A stretch of DNA of 64,000 nt. Source: Macrostomum lignano. Its lineage: Eukaryota. Of this stretch, positions 19,001 to 30,184 are shown in pieces. The position numbers and the translations under genes are program-made. Location: NCBI GenBank assembly GCA_002269645.1, contig NIVC01002210.1, positions 62,001 through 126,000 on the forward strand, given 5' to 3'. The notes beneath the pieces were generated by a model. That model was not told the origin of the DNA and made no database searches. It was given only the letters and a program-made list of their open reading frames with translations. Numbering within the stretch: position 1 is the stretch's first letter; each line of letters begins with the position of its first letter.

Positions 19001-19761
19001 AGCTCGATGCGTACATTGTGCGAATAGGGGCTTCGACTGGAGTACTTAGTGAGCTTGTCCAAGTCGGAGAATTCCAGCACGTATTCGCGCATCGCCCGCA
19101 GAGGGGTGATGAAGTGCATGGACTTTACGGACCCGTCGTATCTGTTAGGGCAGGCATCGAAAAAGTTGACAAATATTAGAGATGAACTACTAACGAGTAG
19201 CAAAAGAAGAATGTGAAGTGAATTTTAGTGTAAATGATTTAAATGAATGATGTTTTGGCATTTGATGTTTTGAGTCACACAAATTTAGAAACTGGCTACA
19301 CTAACGAAATTTGCCAGTTAAGCAGAACTGGCAGCGGTTAGTACGCCATTCAATAGACTGCATAGTGTCACCGGCCTCTAAGACAACTACGCATTTCCTG
19401 GAAAGACAAGGAAATTCCGCTTCTTCAGGCATGTTGCGAGAATTGATGGAGAGCCGGAAGCTGGGGCGAACCCTATTCAGCTCAATGCACAAAAGCACAC
19501 TTTAGACCAGATAGAAACGTAGTTGACTAAAAATCAAAGCGCCGCTCACTTAATATCTGTTTTAATTCTCGGCACAACCTTCACATTTGGCTTCGCGTCA
19601 ACTCCGCCGCCGCCAGAGCCCGGCTCTGAAGAGGATGGTGTCCCGGACAGAAGACGCCGAGGCTGGCCGGACAAAGACGACAACAACAAGCGATGCATTG
19701 AGGCGGCGGCTGGAGCCGCTAGTGGCTGCCGCAGCAAGCATAGGCGACAAGTGAACGACAT
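16063..19761 (-). CDS. SLC30A9: Mitochondrial zinc transporter ZnT9 (CDF family), 5 exons
   Basis: Exons 19761-19550, 19141-18818, 18193-17506, 16958-16755 and 16221-16063, GT-AG with matching phases (2,2,0,0). N-terminal transit-peptide-like sequence, FITPLRAMREY..SDL..RSPY segment, SMLGETVHSLADTLNQ, HPYGY, EDLAAV, KHIDLEI C-terminus. Confidence 0.95.
16255..16690. repeat. 41-bp minisatellite with two alternating variants, SLC30A9 intron 4
   Basis: The ACTTT anchor recurs at 16295, 16336 and 16377. Confidence 0.92.
17190..17475. repeat. 22-bp minisatellite (ACACAGCATCCAATACCTACAG), SLC30A9 intron 3
   Basis: Direct reading. Confidence 0.93.
18235..18755. repeat. About 49-bp minisatellite, SLC30A9 intron 2
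   Basis: Unit GATAGCGGAGTGGGGTTGGTGTCCAATGTACACAGAGGGAAGGGAATCCT alternating with a variant. Confidence 0.92.
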
Positions 19762-20299
19762 TAAAAAGCAGAGTTCGAGTTCTAATCAGCTTAGACAACA
19801 AAGCAGAAAGCTGCTTTTGCAATCAGGGCATCATACTTGGCGCTGGAGGCATCATGTTGAAAGCTTAAACTCTCTGTTTTAAAGCTTCTATATTAATGAA
19901 GCTTTGTGAGCTAGAGAATTCGCTGAAATTGACAAAATGAATGATGTATTAAAGTCTGTCATGTAAAATCCAACTAATAAAAATAAAACTTTGAAAAACT
20001 TTTTCTAACACTTTTTTTTCACCCAAAACAATCAACTTCATTAATAACGCACTCCATCATACTTAACTTGGTCACGATTTATTTGATAAACATAACCTCA
20101 TAGGCCAAACTAAATACTGCTATACAATAATTTAAAAGCAGTCTGCAGTCACAACCTCAATAAACAATTAATATGCAATTTAATCAAGCAAAACACTGAA
20201 TATATAGTATTTCTAAACGCTTACTACTGATAGTAGCCTAATGAGCAACTACAGAAATCATCACATCAGCTGCCTTCCCAGCCTCACTTCTCATCATGC

Positions 20300-20490
20300 C
20301 TTCTCCAGCCTCACTCCTCATCAAAGGCACCCGCATCCCCATCAGCTTCCCCAGCATCAATGCTATCCCAGCCTCACTCGTCATCAAGCACACCCGCATC
20401 CCCATCAGCTTCCCCAGCATCAATGCTATCCCGGCCTCACTCCTCATCAAGCACACCCGCATCCCCATCAGCTTCCCCAGCATCAATGCT
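20300..20490 (-). repeat. Three tandem copies of a 63-bp unit containing the last codons and stop of EIF2B2
   Basis: The unit encodes [17 protein letters not shown] followed by GGCTGGGA. Confidence 0.9.
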
Positions 20491-22368
20491 ATAGTCATCC
20501 TGATGGTACTGCTCAGCCAGGCAGCGGTGCAGATGCGCGGGTGCCAAGCCGCCCAGGTTGGTGACAAACAAGGTCACAAGGCCGGGCGGCACCAAGTCAT
20601 ACTTGGGACAGTGCACCTCGGCAAAGGACAGATTCTCCTCCAGCAGGCAGGCCGGGTTCAGATAGACGTTGGCCCGTTCAACGCTGTGATATGCGGGGGC
20701 GAGCTTGTGCGCGGGCGTGCAGACCAGCACTGGCACGGAGTGGCGCTTGGCCGCCAGCAGGAGACCGTGGGTGCCGCACTCGGCCCTGAGGCCGCCGTCG
20801 GCGAACACCGTCTGGGCGGAGAGCAGGCAGCGGTGCACTCGGGACATGACAGCGAATGCGTGCGCGTCAGTGATCAGGCTGGCGTCGATCTGGGAGGGGG
20901 TGAGTTTGAGATTGATCTGGCGATAGTAACCACGGAAAGGATGCCAGGAAAGTGTGGCATCTGGGGGTGTGGGATCTGAGGGGGATATGGCATCTGGGGG
21001 TGTGGCATCTGATGGGGATATGGGATTTGGGGTGTGGGATCTGATGGGAATATGGGATCTGGGGGTGTGGCATCTGGGGGTGTGGCATCTGGTGGGGTGT
21101 GGCATCTGGGGGTGTGGGATCTGAGAGGATATGGGATCTGGGGAGGGTGTGGCATCTGGGGTGTGGCATCTGGGGGGTGTGGCATCTGGGGGGTGTGGGA
21201 TCTGAGAGGATATGGGATCTGGGGAGGGTGTGGCATCTGGGGGGTGTGGCATCTGAGGGGGATATGACATCTGGGGGTGTGGCATCTGATGGGGATTTGG
21301 GATCTGGGGAGGGTCTGGCATCAGGGGGTGTGGGATCTGATGGGGATATGGGATCTAGGAGAGTGACATCTGGGGGTGTGGGATCTAAAGAAAATGTAGC
21401 ACTAGGGAGGGTGTGGCATCTAGAGAGAGTGTGGCATCTGGGGAGGGTGTGGCATCTGGGGAGGGTGTGGCATCTAGAGGGAGTGTGACATCTGGGGAGG
21501 GTGTGGCATCTAGGGAGGGTGCGGCATCTGGGGAGGGTGTGGCATCTAGTGAGGGTGTGGCACTAGTGAGGGTGTGGCATCTAGTGAGGGTGTGGCATCT
21601 AGTGAGGGTGTGGCATCTAGTGAGGGTGTGGCATCTAGTGAGGGTGTGGCATCTAGTGAGGGTGTGGCATCTAGTGAGGGTGTGGCATCTAGTGAGGGTG
21701 TGGCATCTAGTGAGGGTGTGGCATCTAGTGAGGGTGCGGCATCTACGGAGGGGTTGGCATGATGTGAGATCTGATGTTTAGAAAGGGTTGCGCTCAGTTT
21801 CCAAAAAAACACACCTGCGGCACAGTTTTGAGCAGCTGCAGCATCCGAGAACCGGAGAAGTTGGGCCCAGAGTCGCACACAATCGCTTGAAATTTGCGAG
21901 TAGCAGCCGCTGTCTGCAGCACCCTGGCAACTGAGTGCGAGTAGCCCAGCGTGAGCACCACCTCGTTCTCGCCGATGTGGGCGGCGCCGTGGCTGCGCAG
22001 ATCGTCCAGACTGGTCTCGAGTTCCAGCGACAGCTCTTTGATGGCGGCAGAAACGGCATCGCGAAGACTGTCGGCTTTCACCTGAATTGAAAGAAAAATT
22101 AAAATGCACGGATCTAGGAAGTGATTAAATCAACAGCTATAGGCTTACCTGTATATTCAAAACAAAGGTGCAATACACAATACGCGACTAATGCGCATAA
22201 AATGACAGCAACAAATCTATACATAGAGCACAGAGCTCTATGTAGACAGATTTTGCTTAAAAGGGGCAGAAAGGCCAGACACACAGACAGATGACAGACA
22301 GACAGAATGACAGACAGACAGACAGACAGAATGACAGACAAAACGACAGAATGACAGACAGACAGAAT

Positions 22369-22402
<34 letters not shown>

Positions 22403-22704
22403 ACGACAGAATGACAGACAGACAGAATGACAGACAGACAGACAGACAAAACGACAGAATGATAGACAGACAGAATGACAGACAGACAGACAGACAGAAT
22501 GACAGACAGACAGACAGACAGACAGAATGACAGACAGACAGACAAAACTACAGAATGACAGACAGACAGACAGAATGACAGACAGACAGACAGAATGACA
22601 GACAGACAGACAAACAGACAGACCGACAGACAGACAGAATGACAGACAGACAGACAGAATGACAGACAGACAGACAAACAGACAGACCGACAGACAGACA
22701 GAAT

Positions 22705-22738
<34 letters not shown>

Positions 22739-22740
22739 AT

Positions 22741-22782
<42 letters not shown>

Positions 22783-22784
22783 AT

Positions 22785-22836
<52 letters not shown>

Positions 22837-23234
22837 GGCAGACAGACAGACAGCCAGCCAGCAGACACAGACAGCCATCAGACACAGACACAGCCGAAGC
22901 CAACAATCACCTGGCTGTAGTCGATGGGCCGCTCGCTAAACAGATTATTCTGCAGAGAGCTGAGCAGCTGGGCCGAGGCGCCCAGGCTGTGCACGGCCTC
23001 CTCGCGAAGGATTTTCAGCACCCGACGGCAGGCGTTCTGCGACACGGCGTCGACGGGATCGCGGCCGGCGCAGGCCACGGCCTCGTGGCGAACCATCTGG
23101 ATGAGATCGGCGGCGGTGGCGCCAGACTCGGCCTGCTGGCGCTTTTGCAGCCGCTTAGAGAGGCGCCTGACAACCTGCATGGCCAGCTGGTTGGAGTGCA
23201 GCTCCTTCGCTGCTGGCTGCTGCTGCTGTTGCAT
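20437..23234 (-). CDS. EIF2B2: Translation initiation factor eIF2B subunit beta, 3 exons
   Basis: Exons 23234-22911, 22081-21815 and 20889-20437, all phase 0. Motifs [85 protein letters not shown]. Confidence 0.95.
20955..21760. repeat. Composite GTGGCATCT-core minisatellite (14-18-bp units), EIF2B2 intron 2
   Basis: Direct reading; pure AGTGAGGGTGTGGCATCT 18-mers at about 21548-21745. Confidence 0.93.
22272..22892. repeat. (GACA)n with GAAT interruptions, EIF2B2 intron 1
   Basis: Direct reading. Confidence 0.95.
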
Positions 23235-24239
23235 TTCTTTGCCCGCTCACTTGCACTGAAGTGTTCATTTGTTTTGTACTTAATCCTGGTCCTGTGTACT
23301 CGTACTACTATAAGTAGAACTAGTAGAGCAGAGTCCTACTATATATTTTACTATGATGCTTTTGACTCTGACCACAGATAAGCGCGGTTTGAGGGTTTAA
23401 GCTAGGGGTTAAGAGCCAATAAATGAGCCTTGGCTTTAAAAATACATTAAAACGCTTCTTTTTAACTTACTACTGAACTGAAAGTAGCTTACACGCAAAT
23501 GTGCTGAGTGGCTCATCTAGTTATTCTAGTATCTGCGACTCCAATTAAGAGTTGTCTTTTTGAGAAATACAGCCCAAAGTCATGTGTTCTAACCCCATCC
23601 CCCATTTTTGGCCATTTGTGGCTCATGACAAATACATTTTGTAGTTATTTTACAAAACCATAATGAATGTAATATGCTAGAAAGTGGAAAGATTTATTTA
23701 TAAAATAACTTTAATTTAACTGATTTTGGATAAGTAAATGAAGGTCCATCTTTAGAGTGTAAAGTTGGCATGTTGTTGCCTAGTCTTTAAATGGGACATC
23801 CACCTGACAATTAAAAATTTATAATAAAAGTGTTAATGACAATTTTTAGGCAAGGTTGGTAAAGCTACCATTTTTTCCAAAGAAGACTCATTGCATAACC
23901 AATAATGCAGGTAGATACAAGAAAAAATCAATATAATATTATAGAATAGGCTTAGGTTCTATAGGCTATATCTCAATAAGTCAAGGTCATAAAAATCAAT
24001 AGACAGTAGGGGACCTAAGCCAAGAATAATAAAAAATTAAATATTAATATAAGCATTCTATGTCAATAAGCCTATAGCTATAGTGGCTTAAATATTATCT
24101 TGAATATTTTTATTTTATAAAACATACTTTTAGCCTTAGGTCTGAAGCAATTATAGTATAAATAAGTATAACTTCTCCTTTGGAGGATAAAGAAGAACTT
24201 CCATTGCCAGAATTCCATTCCTTGAACTCTATCAGCTGA

Positions 24240-24830
24240 ATATCATAACCCAAATCTCAGCATCCAAGTCCTCTCCAAATCCATGAAAATCCTCTCCATC
24301 AAACAGGACTCCATTAAAATCATCTCAGTGAAAAAGAAATCCATTAAAATCCTCTTCTTTAAATAGAAATCAATCAAAATCTTTTCTGTAAAACAGATAT
24401 CTATCAAATCAAAAGCCACTCTGTGAAAAAGAAATCAATCAAAATTGATAGTCTTAATAAAACAGAAATCTATCAAAATCCTCTTTGTGAAACAGGACTC
24501 TATCAAAATTCTTTCTATGAAACAAGACTACTAAAATCCTTTCTATGAAATAGAACTATATCAAAATCCTTTCCATAAAACTTTAATCCATTGAAATATT
24601 TTCTATGAAACTTAAATCCAACAAAATCCTCTCTATAAAATAGTAATCCTCTCCATGAAATAACAATCCTCTCCATGAAATAGCAATCCTCTCCATGAAA
24701 CTGAGTACCATTGATATCCTCTCCTTGAAATAGAACTTTATTAAATTCCCTTGATGAAACTAAATTCTACCAAAATCCCCTTTGTTAAAAAAATTTCTAT
24801 CAATATCATCTCCATCAATCAAGACTAATA
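24240..24830. repeat. Old, degenerate AT-rich tandem repeat (AAAATCCTCTCCATGAAA core, about 29-bp period)
   Basis: Recurring ATCAAAATCCT and CTATGAAA motifs. Confidence 0.65.
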
Positions 24831-26255
24831 AATTGAAATCTATAAAAAGATGCATTTAATTTAGCTAGTATGCAAGGTAGAGGCATTAGTGGTTAGGGTT
24901 AGATTTAGGGTTAGGGATATACAGAGCTACCTGTTAAAAGGCACCAATAAAAAAATGTACCAATTCAACCAATTGATGGTGTAATCAATTTCTTAGTCAG
25001 TCAGTATCAGTCTTAGTTAAAGTTAACAAAATGGCTAAGCAATCAGAATCAATCCTCCAATATATAGCAACCAACCCCCTTCCAATATACAGTGGCAGTT
25101 AGAAGTTGAACCCCCCTATCTTTATCTATTATATCTCACAAAAATGAGTACAAGATTTGTAGAAAGGTAAAAGTATGGACATTATTTTTTTAATCCTGTG
25201 CTTTCTGTTTTCATATTTAAAGCAAACAACTTATAACCCTGAACTTAGCATTGCAAGCTCTTTTTAGCAATAGTTATTCCTCTCAAAGTTTAAAGGTCAA
25301 GGAACAGTTAGCATTTAAATCTTCCTAATTAAAAGCATTAAAGTATCTGGTATAGGTTCACTTTTTGCTATAGTAAGATGCTTGCAAGTTTAATAAATTT
25401 CACTATTTAGCTAATACATAGGGCTACATATCCTAGTCCCAACTATGTTTATACTGTACAATTGCTATGTCCATTTAGCCCAAGCCCAACCCTTATTACA
25501 TTTAATTGTACCCACAACATTGGGGGGGGGGTATTTGCCCCCCTCCTAATATATAGCAACACGCGGCCATGATATGGGTGGAGGTTAGGGTGGTTTTTCA
25601 CAAACTAGCTGCCAACCTTTTCACTAGAAAGGCGGAGTGGCCAAAAATATTGAAGGTTTAAAAAAGCTGTTTTCTACTTTTTTAGAAATCTTAAAATGTG
25701 AAAATAAAAGATTAAACAAAATAGCCTAACTAATGCCTGATCCTGAAAATTTTATGTTAACTTGCAAGTAGTCTAGGCTGGGGTTTTTTTAAGGTTGGAA
25801 ATTCAGTTGCCAGCTAGCCCTTGGGGCTCAAAATCCAGTTGCCAATGGCTATTTTGGGTTGCCTATTGGCAACTAGCCAAATTCTCAACAATAGATTTCC
25901 AAGACTCATTAAAATGTATGCACTGTATGACTGTGGGAATGAGATTGTCTAGGACTTATTATTGACATTGTCAATTTTAGCAACTTAAGTATTTGCCACA
26001 ACTTAGATTTATATAGCACTTTTATTATACTTACAATTTTTTTACAAAATCATTTTTTTGAAATTGGCAACAGTCATAGGGAAAATAAAGTTGCTAGATT
26101 GGCCTCTGATGACAAAAATCTAGTTGCCAATGAGATTTTCAAAGGGCCAAAAAAATAAACTCAGAATCTAGGAGTTAAATTGTAACAAAAAAAGATAAGC
26201 CTTGCATTACTTTTAGTAGTCCTAGGCCTATATTTAGATGATTTTTATATACATA

Positions 26256-27571
26256 CGAGGGATACTCCAAAAGTTTTGCAATTCAACCACTTGTGCAAGT
26301 TGCATAATCTTCGAAACCTACTCCTGTACAATAAACATATACATAGTCCCCACCTCAATTTTCAAGTGAATTCATACATATATGCCTGCTCAGCCCCCAC
26401 TCAAAGTCAGAGACTCCTTAACTGTACAGCTGCAGCCATGGAATTGAATTGTGAGCAGAATGAATTGGCTACTAATTTGGTACTGATACAAGCGAAAGCT
26501 CATGGCACTTGAGACTCATGCCGAGCTACTAGCAACATTGGAGGCTCAAGCACCGTCATATACTACGGTTACACGCTGGTACCGCGAGTTCTAGGCTGGC
26601 AGGACCAGCTTTTTTGACGACCCCCAGCCCGGGAGACCACCAACAGCAGTGACGGAGGAAAACATCGCTGCAGTGCTGAAGCTGATTCATCAGGATCTGC
26701 GAATCACCACGGACATGCTAGCTATGATTATGAATGACGGCATTGGATTGGTAGCAGTCAATATGTTCTACACGATCACCTGAGAGTCAGGAAGCTTTGT
26801 GAGCAATGGATACCCCACATCCTGACAGATGCTCAGAAACAGGCCCACATGGAGTTCTGTCAGTTTCTCATCAATTGATATGAGCACGGGAGCCATCAGC
26901 GCCGCTCTGAGGTCATCACTGGTAATGAGACGTTTCTCTATCATTTTGACATCGAGACAAAGCACAGCAGTGCAGAGTGGATGCCGGAAGGTGGGCAACG
27001 ACCCCTGAAAGCAAGGCGGTCCCAGTCCCAGGGCAAGTGGATGTTTGCCATCTTCTTCAACTCACAAGGCGTGGTGGCAATGGTGAAGCTGGAGGGTCAA
27101 GCTACAGTCACTGCTTGATAGTACACTGAAGAGTACTTGCCAGTCGTGATTGACAGCGTGACCCAGAGGGCGCCAAGGACGAGAATGCGAGGGTGGAAAC
27201 TTCACCATGACAACACCCCCGCCTACATGGCTACTGCAACTCAAGCATTCCTGGACCAAAAGGGCATTTCAATGCTACTACACTCACCCTATTCACCAGA
27301 CCTCGCCCCCTACGACTTCTGGCTCTTTCTAGAAATCAAAAAGTTGCTTAGAGGGCGCAGGTTTCAGTCCGACAAGGAGCTGGAACAGGCGGCAAAGGAG
27401 GCGATTGATGGCATCCCAATTGAAGACTTCCAGGGCTTGATGAACAAGTGGCTCAGACAAGCGCACAAGTGTTTGCAGTTCTGGGGAGCCTACTTTGAAA
27501 GATTGTAATAGAAAAGTTTGGCAAAATTAACTTTAAATAGTCAAATTGCAAAACTTTTAGAGTATCCCTTG
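26256..27571 (+). mobile_element. Mariner (Tc1/mariner, DD34D-type) transposon, full length (1316 bp), inactive
   Basis: TIRs CGAGGGATACTCCAAAAGTTTTGCAATT and its near-complement; TA TSD at 26254-55 and 27572-73. Transposase remnants RWYREF, WIPHILT, ITGNET (first catalytic Asp replaced by Asn), HHDNTP, HSPYSPDLAPYDFWLF, with stops and frameshifts. Confidence 0.96.
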
Positions 27572-28096
27572 TATAGGCTTATTATATCATTGATCTACCT
27601 AGCCAGGAAAATGGTTTTTTCATTGAAAATTCAGGGCAAATTTAACTTGGGTAGGTCAGAGCAAAGTGAGACAAGGTAGGGCAGGACAAGGAAAGGCAAG
27701 TTGAAGCAGGGCAAAGCAAAGGCAGGGCAGGGCAAGTTGAGACAAGACAAGAATGCCTAGGGCAGTTGGCAGGCCAGGCAGGGCAAGGCCAAGGCCAAAG
27801 GTAAATAGGGAATAACATGGGATAGAGAATAACAAAGTAGTTGACTTATATGATAGAAGAGCTAAACAATGTTGCCTATTTTTTGGCCAATACTACATTT
27901 ACAATGTGGATCTAGATAAAATTAAAAATGATGATTGAATTTCGTTCTCAATTTCAAGGCAGTGCAAATGAGTTTTTAATGAAAAAATAGGTTATGAGAC
28001 CGCACTTAAACCGCACCCACTTTTCAATTTCAGGGTGCGATTTTAAAATTTAGGGTGCATATGCACACTCTACACAAAAAATAAACCCAGATAGGC

Positions 28097-29394
28097 CGTT
28101 ATCCACGCTTTTCGGTGCCTGTGCATTTCGGTGCCCGGCATTTCGGTGCCCCAGTTTATGACGCCAAGCCAAAATGATAATAAAAAAAATTCTATAACAA
28201 ATATAATAAATACTTTACAAAACGTTCGATATTCCTAATAAAAGCAGTATTACGTATCCACGCTTATTACGTATAGAAACGTATCCACGCTATCCGGTGC
28301 CGGTGCATTTCGGTGCCCCAGATTGCTTTTCGGTGCCTAAGTTATACATTAGAATTGGACACAAAAATATATAAATTGAGCCCTAATTTAGCAGTAAGTG
28401 CTTTGCCTTTTCAGTACTTATTTACTTAAAAAAACTAAGGTATTACTCATTTTGTTAAGCTGACCTGGTGTTTTAATTCAAAAAATGGTTTTCGATTACT
28501 CGATTAGATTTACTTCTGTCGCTAGCAACGCCTCAGCCGCGTCAAAATTTTAAACTAATGCCCCAAATGCGCTTGTAATAAAATTTGATAATTATGGTCC
28601 AATAGTTATGCCCCAAAATATTTCAGCTCGTTAAATAATACTCGCTTCATTTCCTAGGCAGTTTTATGAAATAAAACATATGATGTCGATCGTGTGCTTC
28701 AAAAAATCAATACTAACTAAAATACACGTAGACTTGTCACATTTTATAATTTCGATCAAAACTACATGTAACATCGTTGATGGATTTCAACTTTACCTAA
28801 CTAAGTCTTCATAGCACGCTTGCTGAGTGCAGCCAGCTTGTATTGGAGCCTCTTCACGGCAATCGATTCCAGAACCAGAATCGGTTCGGATTTCCAAGAA
28901 AAAAAGCAGTATAACTATTTAACTTTGTTGAATGTTTGACTGCCTTAAAAGCCTCACTTTGCACAATTTTTCACTTTCTTTTTGGCTATTGCCATTCAAT
29001 AATCACAATTTTAAAGCACTAATATCCCTCTAGTTTAGGAGACAAAAAGTTTAACTTTACAAATTGGTTCTATGGTTCTAGAACCAGGTCCAGAACAAGC
29101 AATATGAAGAGCCTCTTGTATATTTACATGGATACGTACAGCATATGCATGCAATTAAATTGGCCGGATTTTTTCAGATTTAAGAAAGGTTTAAAAAAGA
29201 TTTAATTTTAACAAAATTAATACTGCTTTTATTAGGAATATCGAACTTTTTGTAAAGTATTTAATATATTTGTTTATAGGATTTCTTTTTTATTATCATC
29301 ATTTTGGCATCATAAACTGAGGCACTGAAAAGCAATCTGGGGCACCGAAATGCCGGGCACCGAAAAGCACTGGCACCGAAATACATGGAAACCG
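28097..29394. mobile_element. Non-autonomous TIR DNA transposon, 1298 bp, with 6-bp TSD ATAGGC
   Basis: Imperfect TIRs of about 160-175 bp (28097-28253 and 29218-29394) containing TTTCGGTGCC subrepeats. ATAGGC at 28091-28096 and 29395-29400. Confidence 0.85.
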
Positions 29395-29810
29395 ATAGGC
29401 CTAAATACCTAAATTGAGAACTCTTAGCCTAGGCCTAGAGCCTAATGTCTGGTCTTAGGCCAGGCCTGGGGCCTAAAAATTTAATAGTTTATAAAATTTA
29501 GGCCTAAAGGTAAAATAGAGAAAAATAGCCCTAAGCTACTAGGGTTCTATCATGGCACTTTAAAAATGAAGGAATCATATCAACTAAAACTGGCCTACCC
29601 ACTACCCTAGTATTTGCTTATCTTAGATAAGCTTTATGCTTAGATAAGGAAACGATCGAAAGACTCGTCTTTGGATTAGTATTTCATTTAATATAGCAGG
29701 CTAGGCTTAGCCGGGGCTGTTGCCCCCAGGACCCCGGGTCCTGCACGCAATGGCGTGGTGAACTATCTGTGCAGTATGAGACTGGTATGGCCCTTATCCC
29801 AACCAGCGAT

Positions 29811-29955
29811 GCTCACACCTGCCTCCCCTGGCGGGCTGATAGCTAAAGAGACTTTGTCTCCTGATTTTCACCTTGCAAGGCGCACTTCGAAGGGTACTCG
29901 TCCCGTGGGTGTTAAGGCAGGCTCTCGGGCCTTGCCGAGCTAATTCGTTGGCGCC
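29811..29955 (+). ncRNA. HDV-like self-cleaving ribozyme in the LINE 5' UTR
   Basis: P1 GCTCAC (29811-16)/GTGGGT (29905-10) with G1-U wobble. P2 CGAA (29888-91)/TTCG (29944-47), extendable by GGCGC/GCGCC. P3 GGG/CCC around L3 TACTCGT. P1.1 AC/GT. P4 hairpin at about 29915-29936. J4/2 CTAA with the catalytic C at 29940. Confidence 0.75.
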
Positions 29956-30184
29956 GGGTCCTGGTGTGACCATATAAACGCACCCTCTAATGTCCCAGTG
30001 TAACTCCGTGCTGATGGACGCTTGGCCAGGGAGTAGTCTGGTCGCTAACGGTTCCCCTTGCGCTTTTGGGTCCCCCGCAGGGTGGTATTTCGCTTTTTGG
30101 GGGCCTGCCGCTTGGTTTGGGGTTGCGGCCTTGCGGCTCTTTGCCTGTGTTCTGCAGGAAGTCCCACCTTTTTAATTCCAGCCA

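Noticed and set aside
16255-21760. Strand bias of G-rich intronic arrays relative to transcription
   Set aside because: Arrays within the same minus-strand genes are G-rich on either strand, so there is no consistent bias.
24890-24916. TTAGGG-like interstitial telomeric motif
   Set aside because: Only about 3 imperfect copies; compatible with chance or a TE end.
25590-26150. Cluster of GTTGCC motifs including GTTGCCTATTGGCAAC
   Set aside because: The 4-nt spacer does not fit the X-box and it is far from any gene. More likely a decayed DNA-transposon end, but I could not define boundaries.
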